Assembly (NCBI GenBank): GCA_963791775.1
Contig: CAWBTM010000005.1
Span: forward strand, 52,943-116,942
DNA length: 64,000 nt
Direction of reading: 5' to 3'
Source: an uncultured Actinomycetota bacterium
GTDB lineage: Bacteria; Actinomycetota; Actinomycetes; Propionibacteriales; Actinopolymorphaceae
Position numbers and translations under genes: made by a program. Positions 37,889-47,415 of the stretch are shown in pieces. Below the pieces are notes generated by a model. The model ran no database searches. It saw only the letters and a list, made by a program, of their open reading frames with translations, and had not been told where the DNA came from. Numbering within the stretch: position 1 is the stretch's first letter; each line of letters begins with the position of its first letter.

Positions 37889-38590
37889 TCATCGGCTCGG
37901 CGGGTGCAGGACGAGCATGGTGTCCGCGCCGCGCTGGAACTCATACGGCACCTGCCGCCGCTCCACCCGTACTCCGTCCGCGGTGATCGCGTGGACCAGG
38001 TTGTCGACCAGGTCGTCGAGCCGCCCGCCGGCCTGGTCGACCACCGGGAAGACCCGCACCTGCCCGCGGGCGACCCGGCGTAGCTCCCGCAACGCGGCGA
38101 GGTGGAAGGCGCGGTCGAGCCGGTCGGCGTAGGTGAACAGGAAGTGCGAGGACAGCACCAGGTCGAACGCCTCGTCGGCGAACGGCAGATGCGGTAGCGA
38201 CCCGACCCGGTAGCGCTCGGGGTGCGCGGCGATGTCGGCGGCGAACAGCCGTGCGGACTCGGTGCGGCCGCGGGTCAGTGTCTCCGGATCGCGGTGAAAT
38301 CCCCATTCGTACCTGCTGGTGCGGGCGGTGACCCATGCCTTCCCGCGGGCGAGTTCGGCTCGTACCCGGGCGGTGACGTCGGCCGGGGGATCGGCGTACG
38401 CCGGGTCGACCGCGACCGCGCCGGCGCCCCTGCTCGCCGCGGTCGCGGTGAAGCTCGCGCCGCCGCCGGGGCAGTCCAGGACCGATCCCCGCAGGTCGTC
38501 CGGGCCGAGGTCGAAGAACGCGGCGTACTCCGCGAAGGACCGGGCGCTGACGAGGTACTCCCCGATGCTGTCGTTCACGGGCTCCAGCAT
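37889..38590 (-). CDS. Class I SAM-dependent methyltransferase-like protein
   Basis: RSFAEY..FF.L, LDCPGGGASF, LPHLPFADEAFDLVLSSHFLFTY, YEFQRG. Confidence 0.88.
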   Translation of the reverse strand: MLEPVNDSIGEYLVSARSFAEYAAFFDLGPDDLRGSVLDCPGGGASFTATAASRGAGAVAVDPAYADPPADVTARVRAELARGKAWVTARTSRYEWGFHRDPETLTRGRTESARLFAADIAAHPERYRVGSLPHLPFADEAFDLVLSSHFLFTYADRLDRAFHLAALRELRRVARGQVRVFPVVDQAGGRLDDLVDNLVHAITADGVRVERRQVPYEFQRGADTMLVLHPPSR

Positions 38591-38705
38591 GGCGGGGGAG
38601 CGGGCGTACCGGTATCGCCCGGACGGGTGAGTCCGGTCCGCCCGTTCGCGGGGAGTCTGATATACCGTACGGGGGTAGGGTGACAGCCGGGACGAGGGAG
38701 ATCGG

Positions 38706-39623
38706 ATGAACACCACCACCAGACTGGGCATCTTCGCCGGCGGCCTGGTGATCGCGTTCGGTGCGGCCTACGGTGCCGGACGGGTGGTCGGCCCACTCGG
38801 ACCGGAGGAGGTCACGGCGCCGGCGGCGCACTCCGCGTCGACGGACCCGAAGGCGGATCCGATGGAGGGCATGTCCGGGCACGAGGGCCTGCCCGACAGC
38901 AAGGAAGCCGAGGTGCCCGGCGGACTGATGGTCAGCCAGCACGGCTACACCCTTCAGCGGGTGTCGCCGGACCCGGTGGTGGGCCGGGACGGGGAGTTCG
39001 CGTTCCGGATCGTCGACGCTCACGGCCGGCCGATCACGGCGTACGACAAGGTGCACGACAAGCGGCTGCACCTGATCGTCGTCCGGCGCGACCTGTCGTC
39101 GTTCCGGCACGTGCACCCCACCCTCGGTGTGGACGGGGTGTGGCGGATCCGGCTGCCGTTCACCGCTGCCGGCACCTATCGCGCGTTCGCCGACTTCACC
39201 CCGACCGGAGGTGAGGCGACCACGCTGGGCATCGACGTCCCGGTGGCCGGTGGGTACGAGCCGCGTGCGCTGCCGCCGGTGCGTTCCGTGGCGCGGGTCG
39301 ACGGTTACGAGGTGACGTTGCGCGGCGACCCGCAGGCCGGCACGGCCGCTCTGCTGACCCTCACGGTCGAGCGCGACGGCCGCGAGGTCACCGACCTGCA
39401 GCCCTATCTCGGCGCGTACGGACACCTGGTGGCGCTGCGGGCAGGCGATCTGGCGTACCTGCACGTGCATCCCGACGGCGAACCCGGCGACGGGAAGACG
39501 ACCGCGGGGCCGCGGGTGGCGTTCCACACCGAGGTGCCGAGTGCGGGGGCGTACCGCCTCTTCCTCGACTTCCGCCACGGCGGCCGCGTGCACACGGCGG
39601 AGTTCACCGTCCGGGCGCACTGA
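38706..39623 (+). CDS. Membrane-anchored His-motif protein (heavy-metal/copper-associated family)
   Basis: N-terminal TM; HDKRLHLIVVRRDL..FRHVHP, LQPYLGAYGHLVALR.GDLAYLHVHP. Confidence 0.8.
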   Translation: MNTTTRLGIFAGGLVIAFGAAYGAGRVVGPLGPEEVTAPAAHSASTDPKADPMEGMSGHEGLPDSKEAEVPGGLMVSQHGYTLQRVSPDPVVGRDGEFAFRIVDAHGRPITAYDKVHDKRLHLIVVRRDLSSFRHVHPTLGVDGVWRIRLPFTAAGTYRAFADFTPTGGEATTLGIDVPVAGGYEPRALPPVRSVARVDGYEVTLRGDPQAGTAALLTLTVERDGREVTDLQPYLGAYGHLVALRAGDLAYLHVHPDGEPGDGKTTAGPRVAFHTEVPSAGAYRLFLDFRHGGRVHTAEFTVRAH

Positions 39624-40993
39624 GCCGTGGGACCCGCCGGCGCAGGCCTGCCGTCCGGGCCCGGAGCACCCGCCAGGCGAGGGCGGGGCGTAACAGCCGG
39701 TCCGGTGGGTCGAGCAGATGCGTGACCCGCACGAACTGCCGCGCGACGTGGTCGTCGACCGCGCCGGCCGCCTGCACCTGGCGGGTGTAGGCGCTGGTCA
39801 GCCGGGTCGACAGTGTTCGCCGCGCCTTGAACTGCGGAAGGGCGAGGTCTGCGCCGACCCCGAGGTCCCACGGGTCGTCCACGGCACGGGAGGCGGCCTG
39901 GAAGAAGCGGCGGGTGAGGTCGGGGAGGCCCTCGGCCAGGGATTTCCGCAACGTCGACGCCTGCATCGCGGCGAGGGTCATTCCCTGGCCGTAGAGGGGG
40001 TTGAAGCTGCACAGCGCGTCCCCGGTCACCAGCAGCCCCTCCGGCGGGTCGGGCAGCTCCTGGTAGTGCCGGCGTACCGAGGACTGGTAGCGGTAGGTGG
40101 CGATCTCGCCGAGCGGCTCGGCGCGCCGGATCGCTGCCAGCACGTCCGGTGGGGACACGGTGGCGGCGAACTCGACGAAGCCGTCGTCGTCGGCCGGTGG
40201 ATGGTGCCGGCCCTCGAACCCGGCGAGCGTGACGAGGTGACGCCCACCCTCGACCTCGAGCAGTGCCAGGCCACGTGGCCGGTCGGGGAGCGGCCCGATG
40301 GCGATCGCCTTCTCCCGTTCGGAGTAGTCGCGGGGAAGGCGCATGAGCCGGCTGGCGTACCCGACGTTCACGACGAACTCCTCCTCCCGCGGGCGGGGAA
40401 GGCCGAGTGCCTGCAACCACACGGGAGTGCGACCGGCCCTCCCGGTGGCGTCTACAACCAGGTCCGCCGTGAGCGTCTCCGCGGTGCTCGCGTCTCGTCC
40501 GCGTACGACCCGAACGCCGGTGATCCGGCGGCGGTCGTCGTCGATGCTCAGCCCCACCACGTCACAGCCGTCGGCGGGGCGTGAGCCCCGGCAGCGCGAG
40601 CACCCGGTCGCGTACGTGGCTTTCCAGGAACGGACGGGTGCTCTGCAGCATGGTCGCGCCGATCGGGACCTGCCGGAGCATGTGGCCGCCGGCGCAGAAC
40701 CTGAAGTCGGCCAAGGGGTGGGAGACGACTGCGCCGTCGGCGACGAGTTCGCTCGTGATGCCCGGGAAGAGCTCCTCGATGATCTCGCCTCCGCGCGCGA
40801 GGAGCACGTGGGCATGCCGCCCTTGTGGCACGCCGCGGCGCGGTGCCGCGTCGCCGCGACTGGGGTCGATGGGGTCGATGGGGTCGCGGTCGAGGAGCGT
40901 CACGCGTTCGTACGCGTCGGTCAGAACCCGGGCCGCCAGCAGACCGGACATCCCGGCGCCGAGTACCAGTGCGTGCTCGCCGATCTGCTGCAT
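39604..40993 (-). pseudogene. FAD-dependent oxidoreductase/monooxygenase, one frameshift near 40575
   Basis: LVLGAGMSGLLAA, RRGVPQGRHAH in one frame; DLVVDATGR, GDALCSFNPLYGQGMT in the next; may be a sequencing error. Confidence 0.85.
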
Positions 40994-41068
40994 CAGGACT
41001 CCTCCGTACGCTGTCACTGCGGGGTCGAGGTCTTGATCATGCGCCGATCGGCGAGGTCTGGGCGCGTC

Positions 41069-42808
41069 TCAGGGGCGGAGGATCCTCTGCTGCGGGTCCA
41101 CCCATTCCGGGGGTAGGTACTCGGGGTGGCCGTGGGTGCCCATGCGCACGAGCCAGCCTTTGTGGTGGACGGTGACGTGGTGGTAGCGGCAGAGGAGTAC
41201 GCCGTTGGCGAGGTCGGTGGGGCCGCCTGCTTCCCAGGCCGTCATGTGATGTGTGACGCAGCGGGGCTCGGGGATCTGGCAGCCGGGGAAGTGGCAGTGG
41301 CTTCCGTCGCGGATGGCCAGCGCGCGGCGCTGGTGTTCCTTGAAGAATCGTTCCGAGCGCCCGAGGTCGAGGACCTGGCCGTCGCCGCCGAGGACGACGG
41401 GGATCAGGTCGGCCTCGCAGGCGAGCCTCCGCACTGTGGCAGCAGAGATCGGCCTGCCGTCGGCGCCGAGGTAGCGAGCCGACCCGCCACCTCCGCACGT
41501 GGGGCAGCCGTCGTGTGGGTCGATGGCGTCCTTCAGCCCCACCGCGCCCCGGTCGGCGTTCGGCTCGCCGCCCGGTGTCCATGCCCGGGTCGGTGTGGGC
41601 CCGGGTTCTGCGTTGCCGGGTTCCGGTCTCGACGTTCGGTTCGTCGGGTGGTGGCCGGGTTCTCGCGGTGGTGGTATCCCGTCTGCGACCGGTCCAGCGC
41701 CGGGAGGTCGCCAGCTTCTCCCTGTCTGTTCGGTTTCCTGGTCCTGACCTGCCGCCTGCTCCGGGCGTCGGTTCACCGGCGTGGCCAGGGTTCTCGGCCG
41801 CGCTCTTGGCGTCTTGGCCTTGGGGGTTCCGTACTTGGGGTCGGTGCAGGGGCAGGTGCAGGGCCGGGGTCGGATGGGGGTGGCGGTGTCGTCGATGGTG
41901 CCCGCGCCGGTGCCCTTCAGGAGCGCCTCAATGGGGATGGTGACGGTGACCTGGGGTGGCCTGCCACCGCGGACGGGTGCGGTGGTGGCGGCTGCGAGCA
42001 GGCCGAGTGCTTCGGCGAAGGCGTCGCCGCGGCGCTGTTCGATGGGGCGGGTGTCGGGGTCGGGTCCTTTCTTGGGTTCGGCGAGGGGTTCGATGATCTT
42101 GCGGAGGAGTTCCATCTCCCACGCCGGCAAGGGTGATCGTGCACCGACTCCGACTGAGGGAAGCCGTTCGGGGAGGTAGCGCAGGGAGCGTTTCTGTTCG
42201 GCCTTGCGGTCCTTGCGTTGCCAGTTCCTCGCGCATGCGGCGGTCGTATTCTTCCGGCGCGATCCGTTTCAGCAGCCTTCCCCAGACCCGTACAGCTCGT
42301 CGGGGTTGTGGAACCGGGCCGCCGTCGATCAGGAACTCCTCGGCCTCGACGCGTTCGTCGGCGCCGACGTAGTTGGGCAGTTGTCTTGATCGCGTACGCG
42401 ATGACCTGCGCCTGCCGCAACCGACACCGCACCGGCGGCCAGCGCCTGCCCGGTCAGCGGCACCTCTTTGTCCAGGTCGCGCGCCAGGCCGACGGTCTGG
42501 GAGACGCCTCGCGCTTGCTCATCCGCTGCGCGGTGCGCAGGTAGACCGTCGCGTTCGGCGCGCCGGTCGTCGTGGCGATGTCGCCGGCCTCGGCCTGACG
42601 CACCACCCGAGCTGCACGGCGTGCAGCCGGGCGATCTCCCGCCCCGCACCTCCAGCACCGGCCCGGCCTGCTCTGCCGTCATCAACAACACCGACGTGAG
42701 ACAGCGCCGCGTCATTGCCGGCGGTCACCAGGCCCAGGGCGATCCATCAGCGGATGCGGCGCAGCGCCGCCTCCACTACCGGGCACATCCTGTGGTGTTC
42801 GAACTCAT
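41069..42808 (-). pseudogene. DUF222/HNH endonuclease (13E12-repeat-like); N-terminal ~650 bp heavily frameshifted
   Basis: Intact C-half QRRGDAF...RRLACEA..IPVVL...DLGR...QRRALAIRDG.C.FPGC...HH...W..GGPTDLANGVLLC.YHH..VH; N-half reconstructable across many indels (EIARLHAVQL, LTGQALAAG.VS..QAQVI). Confidence 0.85.
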
Positions 42809-44088
42809 GACCCTCTCCTCGGCTTTGTGTGGGGAGGTTGAGGGTGATCTCGCCGAGGCAGAGGTGGATCATGGCGGTGAGGGAGTCGGGTCCTGGGTGT
42901 CCGTAGCCGCGGCGTTGGATGACGCGGATTTTGCTGTTGATGCCTTCTGCTCGTGAGTTGGACAGGCCGAGTTCGACGGCTGCGATGGTTTGTTCGAAGT
43001 ATTTCTTCAGGCGGGTGGCGAGTTGGTGCATCGCGGGGATGGTGGATCGGAACGCGCGGGTGATCCACCGTTTGAGGTGGTGGCGGGCCTGTTCGGGTGG
43101 GATGCGGTAGAGGTCTCGTAGTTGTTCTTTGAGGGTCCAGGCGCGGAAGAGCTGGTAGTTGTGGCGGCGCAGGGCGTTGATGAGGGCGCGGCGTTCGTCG
43201 GTGAGGTTCTCAGCGCCTGAGCGCAGCGCTGTCTTCAGCCGCCGCCACGCCTTGGCGGGGGCGTCGACCCGTTCCACCACGGTCAGCGGCGGCCCGGACC
43301 GCTTGGCCGGGGTGGCCGGCAGGGGTGGGACGGCGGGGTTGGCCTGGCGGGCTTTGTCGAGGGCTTCGTTGGCCCACTTGATGACGTGGAACGGGTCCAG
43401 GCATACCGCTGCTTGGGGTGCTTGTTCTGCGGCGACGGGCATGTAGATCGGGGAGCCGTCCATGGTGATCGCCCTCAGCTGTTCGGCACGGTCGGGGCCC
43501 AGGGCGGTGAAGAAGTCGGTGAACGCTTTGCGGGTACGGTCCTTGGCCACCCACACCACCCGGCCGGTGTCGTGGTCACAGACGATGGTCAGGTAGTGGT
43601 GGCCGCGTTTGTAGGAGATGCGTCCACACCGATCGGGCGCAGCCCGTCCAGCCGGCCGGTGGGCAGGCGGTCGGCCACCGGCATTCGAACCGCCCGGTCC
43701 ACGCCTCCCACGAACACCGCAGCAGCCGGGCCACGCTCGTCTTGTCCATGCGCTGGGCCAGCCAGCCGATCACGTCCTGGAAGTCGCGGGTGTGCCGGGC
43801 GCTCGGCCGCGCCCACGGCACGGTCTCGGTGCGGATCCCGCACCCCGGGCAGGCGATCCGGGCGATATCGGCTTCCAGCCACACCTTGGTGGACCCGAAG
43901 TCCAGGTGGCGCCAGCGGCGGCGAGACAGGTCATAACGGGCCCGGGTCGAGTACCCGCACTCACACCGGTAGCGGCGGCCCCGCCGGCGGTGAAGACCAA
44001 CAACCAGGCCGTCGGTGGTGAAGTCCACCGAGCACACCGATGCCCCGGACAGACCCAGGATGCGGTTGAATACCGTGGTGACGCGCAC
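42747..44088 (-). pseudogene. ISL3 transposase, frameshifts near 43700 and 43620
   Basis: zf-ISL3 (CECG...RRWRHLD...CPGCG...VPWA), IGVD..SYKRGHHY, ITMD, DPFHVIK, SNSRAEGINSKI...RRGYG. Confidence 0.9.
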
Positions 44089-44258
44089 GTGCGTTGCTCC
44101 AGACGGTTAAGGATTCGACACCCAGAACCTAAGGGCAACCACGTGCGCGTCTTCTCATACCCCGCCCAGCACCCCACAGGGCACCCCACACCCCAACCCC
44201 ACCACACCAAACACCCCTCTCGGCCCGGTGAAAAACCCACACAAACCTGAGGAGAGGG
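42811..44258 (-). mobile_element. ISL3-family insertion sequence, 1448 bp
   Basis: IRs CCCTCTCCTC(G/A)G(C/G)TTTGTGTGGG (21/23 match); 8-bp TSD ACTCATGA at 42803-42810 and 44259-44266. Confidence 0.93.
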
Positions 44259-44270
44259 ACTCATGAGCGA

Positions 44271-44292
44271 ATGCTATCGGCGACCACCGACA
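44271..44292 (-). promoter_or_regulatory. PafBC (RecA-NDp)-type DNA-damage promoter motif
   Basis: Minus strand TGTCGG-tggtcgccga-TAGCAT matches TGTCGG-N10-TA-N3-T; 6 nt upstream of the ATG in the TSD. Confidence 0.75.
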
Positions 44293-44399
44293 AGCCCGAC
44301 TTGCCCACAGAGCGGGATTCCTCAACGTACGCAGGAGTGTCGTGCTGACGGCGCGCCACGGAGCAGCGTCGACGCAGGAGGCTTCGGGTCAAGCTGAGG

Positions 44400-44810
44400 T
44401 CAGCGTTCCCGGCCGGCGAGTAGCGTGTGCAGGTGAGGCAGCAGGATGCGGTCCGGCTCAAGCCAGTTCAGGCCGTCGAGGTCAGCGGGCCCGATCCAGC
44501 GCAGCGCCCGGTGTTCGTGCGCGACCGGTTCGGAGCCGGGATCGGTGAGCGTCGCGGCGTGGATACGCAGCACGAAGTCCTTACCGGGCAGAGGGATGTC
44601 CGGGCCGATCCGGTCGTGGACGATCACGTCGACCCCGAGCTCCTCCTGGCATTCGCGTACCAGTGCATCGGCCTCGGACTCGCCCTGCTCGACCCGGCCG
44701 CCCGGGAGTTCCCAGCGGCCGGCGACCGCCTCGGGGTAGGCGCGCTGCTGGGCAAGGAGGAGGCCGTCGCGCACGATCGCGGCGCCGACGACGACGGTCT
44801 GTCCGGACAC
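44400..44810 (-). CDS. NUDIX hydrolase, MutT/NudG-like
   Basis: GRWELPGGRVEQGESEADALVRECQEELGV Nudix box; EHRALRW. Confidence 0.92.
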   Translation of the reverse strand: MSGQTVVVGAAIVRDGLLLAQQRAYPEAVAGRWELPGGRVEQGESEADALVRECQEELGVDVIVHDRIGPDIPLPGKDFVLRIHAATLTDPGSEPVAHEHRALRWIGPADLDGLNWLEPDRILLPHLHTLLAGRER

Positions 44811-44878
44811 GGCGAGCACCCTATCGACAACCGCGCGGATCTTCCCGATCTCGGTCGGCCTGCGGAAACCCTGGACAC

Positions 44879-44894
44879 GTGACCAAATGGTCAC
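44879..44894. promoter_or_regulatory. ArsR-type operator palindrome
   Basis: GTGACCA-aa-TGGTCAC directly upstream of the ArsR gene. Confidence 0.7.
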
Positions 44895-44907
44895 CTATCT
44901 TGAAGGT

Positions 44908-45261
44908 GTGACGGAGGACGACGAGGTGTTCAAGGCGCTCGCCGACCCGACGCGGCGTTTCCTGCTCGACCTGCTCTTCGCGCGTGACGGCCGCACGCTC
45001 ACCGAGCTGGAGTCGGAGCTGGACATGACGCGCTTCGGGGTGATGAAGCATCTGCGGGTCCTCGAGGCCGCGAACCTCGTCGTCACCCGCCGGTCCGGTC
45101 GGGAGAAGTTGCACTTCCTCAACCCCGTGCCCATCCGGCTGATCCACGACCGGTGGATCGACAAGTACACCGAGCGCCAGGTCGCCGCGCTCGCCGACCT
45201 CAAGGCAGAGCTCGAAAAGCCAGCAGACGAAGAACCCACAGACAAGGAAGAACGGCCATGA
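44908..45261 (+). CDS. ArsR/SmtB family regulator
   Basis: VFKALADPTRR, MTRFGVMKHLRVLE, GREKLHFLNPVPI. Confidence 0.93.
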   Translation: MTEDDEVFKALADPTRRFLLDLLFARDGRTLTELESELDMTRFGVMKHLRVLEAANLVVTRRSGREKLHFLNPVPIRLIHDRWIDKYTERQVAALADLKAELEKPADEEPTDKEERP

Positions 45262-45788
45262 CGGAAGCGACGACGAACGCGACGAACGCAACGACCACGC
45301 AGGTCTACCGGGTCTACATCAAGGCGACTCCGGAGGTGATCTGGGACGCGATCACCAAGCCGGAGTGGACCGAACGCTACGGCTACACCGGCCTCGTGGA
45401 GTACGACCTTCGCCCCGGCGGTGCGTACAAGGTGCGGCCCACCGCGGAGTTCCGGGCCGGCGCGGAGGCGAACGGCCATCCCGTCCCCGACGTGATCATC
45501 GACGGCGAGGTGCAGGAGGCGGACCCGCCGCGCCGGCTGGTCACGACGTTCCGGATGCTGATGGATCCATCCCTCGCCAACGAGCCGTTCACCCGGATCA
45601 CCCACGAGATCAAGGAGGTCGGTGACGGCGTGTGTCGGTTGACCCTCGTCCACGAACTCGACGGCGCACCGGGCCTCGCGTCGCTGGTGGGCGGTCAGCT
45701 CGAGGACCACGGCGCCGGTGGCGGTCACGCCTGGGTGCTCAGCGAGCTGAAGACCCTGCTGGAGACCGGCAAGGCGTTCGCCAACTGA
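45258..45788 (+). CDS. SRPBCC (AHA1-like) domain protein
   Basis: VYIKATPEVIWDAIT, EADPPRRLV, LSELKTLLETG. Confidence 0.92.
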   Translation: MTEATTNATNATTTQVYRVYIKATPEVIWDAITKPEWTERYGYTGLVEYDLRPGGAYKVRPTAEFRAGAEANGHPVPDVIIDGEVQEADPPRRLVTTFRMLMDPSLANEPFTRITHEIKEVGDGVCRLTLVHELDGAPGLASLVGGQLEDHGAGGGHAWVLSELKTLLETGKAFAN

Positions 45789-45808
45789 CCACCTCCGGCC
45801 GACCGGAG

Positions 45809-45845
45809 CGCGGTGGGCGCGTGCACGACGCACGCGCCCACCGCG
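45809..45845 (+). terminator. Intrinsic terminator-like hairpin
   Basis: CGCGGTGGGCGCGTGC-acgac-GCACGCGCCCACCGCG. Confidence 0.75.
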
Positions 45846-45925
45846 TCCGTTCGAAAAGCCCGGCATCCTGGGAGGAGTCAACAAGGACGGGAACGAGGGG
45901 AGCGACGTGAACGCCGGCAACGACG

Positions 45926-47362
45926 GTGGCGCCACGTGCGGTCGGCTCGAGAACGGAGTGGCACGTGACCGCGACCGGACGAAGTGCGGCGACGGAATCG
46001 GCAGGATCGGCGGAGTCGGCGGGAGCGACCGGAAGCGCCGGTGACGACACCGGCCCCGGCACGGACGCCGGCGAGGATCCCGCGGATCGGCGGCCTGGCT
46101 GGGTCCGCGCGCGGCCACTTGCGGCCACCAGGGCGAGCTACGCCGCGTTGTACGCAGTGGACGGTGCGATGCTGCCGTTCTTCTCGGTCTTTCTCGCGTT
46201 CGTGCACGGTCTGGACACCGCGCAGATCGGTGTCGTGCTGGCGGTGTCCAGTGCGGCCGCGGTGATCGCGCCACCGGTGCTCACCGTCGCCGCCGACCGC
46301 TACGGCCGGGCGGAGACGTTGTTCCTGCTCGTGCTGGCGATGTCGGCGATCGCCCTGTCGGTGTTCGCGTTCACCGGCGGTTACTGGTGGGTGGTGTTCG
46401 TGTACGCCGCGTTCAGCCTGGCGCGCGAACCCACCCGGCCACTTCTGGACGGAATCTTCTTCGCCTCCCAGCGGCACATCAAGGCGCTGGCGCGGGTGAG
46501 TTATCACAAGGTGCGTATCTGGGGAACCGTCGGCTACATGGTGCCCGGCGTGCTGTTGTACTTCGTGCTCACCGACCGGCAGTCGCTGTGGGTGCTGCCG
46601 CTGGTGGCCGCCGGCCTGGCGATCCTCGGGGTCGCGGTGGCGGCGATGCTGCCGACGGGGCCGCTGGCCGGCGCACCGGGCGCGCTGATCGGTGACCCGG
46701 CGCGCGAGGCGTCCGGGGAACCCGAGCAGGCTCACGAGACGGTGACGCTGACCGGCCTGGCGCGGGCCGCCGGTGCACTGTTGCGGGTGCCGAGCACCGC
46801 GGTGTTCGTGGTCGCGATGTTCTGGCTGCAGGTGGCGGTCACGGCGTACTCCACGTTCTATCCGCTGATGGTCACCGAGGTGGTCGGCCTGTCACCGCGC
46901 TGGCTCGGCCTGGTCACCAACCTCGGGGTCCTGGTCGAGATCGCCTACATGGCGGCCTTCGGCCTGCTGGTCCGCCGGCTGGGCTGGCGGTGGCTGATGG
47001 TGCTCGGCGCGGCGACCGCCGCCGTCCGGGTCGCCCTGCTCGCGGCGTTCCCCACTGTGGGTGTCGTCGTCGGTACGCAGCTCGTGCACGGCATGATCAT
47101 CATCGTGTCGATGGTCGCCGGGCGGGTGATCCTGGACCGGCGTGCACCCGACGCCATCCGGCACACGACGCAGGGTCTGTACGCGATGCTCGTCCTCGGC
47201 GGTGGCCGGATCGTCGGCAGCGCGTTCGGCGGACTGGTCGCGAGCGACGACCTGTCGCGGGTGTTCTGGGCGGCCTCACTGGCCGCGCTGGTGGCCACGC
47301 TCGGGCTGGCGTGGAGTCTGCGGGGTGAACGTCCGGTCGCGGCTGACGCCTCCTCCTTGTAG
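45926..47362 (+). CDS. MFS transporter (PPP/NHS-like); start uncertain
   Basis: About 12 TM segments; ADRYGR, YHKVRIWGTVGY, VLVEI, TTQGLY. Confidence 0.88.
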   Translation: MAPRAVGSRTEWHVTATGRSAATESAGSAESAGATGSAGDDTGPGTDAGEDPADRRPGWVRARPLAATRASYAALYAVDGAMLPFFSVFLAFVHGLDTAQIGVVLAVSSAAAVIAPPVLTVAADRYGRAETLFLLVLAMSAIALSVFAFTGGYWWVVFVYAAFSLAREPTRPLLDGIFFASQRHIKALARVSYHKVRIWGTVGYMVPGVLLYFVLTDRQSLWVLPLVAAGLAILGVAVAAMLPTGPLAGAPGALIGDPAREASGEPEQAHETVTLTGLARAAGALLRVPSTAVFVVAMFWLQVAVTAYSTFYPLMVTEVVGLSPRWLGLVTNLGVLVEIAYMAAFGLLVRRLGWRWLMVLGAATAAVRVALLAAFPTVGVVVGTQLVHGMIIIVSMVAGRVILDRRAPDAIRHTTQGLYAMLVLGGGRIVGSAFGGLVASDDLSRVFWAASLAALVATLGLAWSLRGERPVAADASSL

Positions 47363-47415
47363 GTTCCCAGGAGGGTAGCGACAACTCGACGGGCACGAGG
47401 CGAAGAGCCGAGAGG

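Noticed and set aside
43576-43720. Programmed frameshifting in the ISL3 transposase
   Set aside because: ISL3 transposases are normally single ORFs, no slippery heptamer is visible and indels are common across this window
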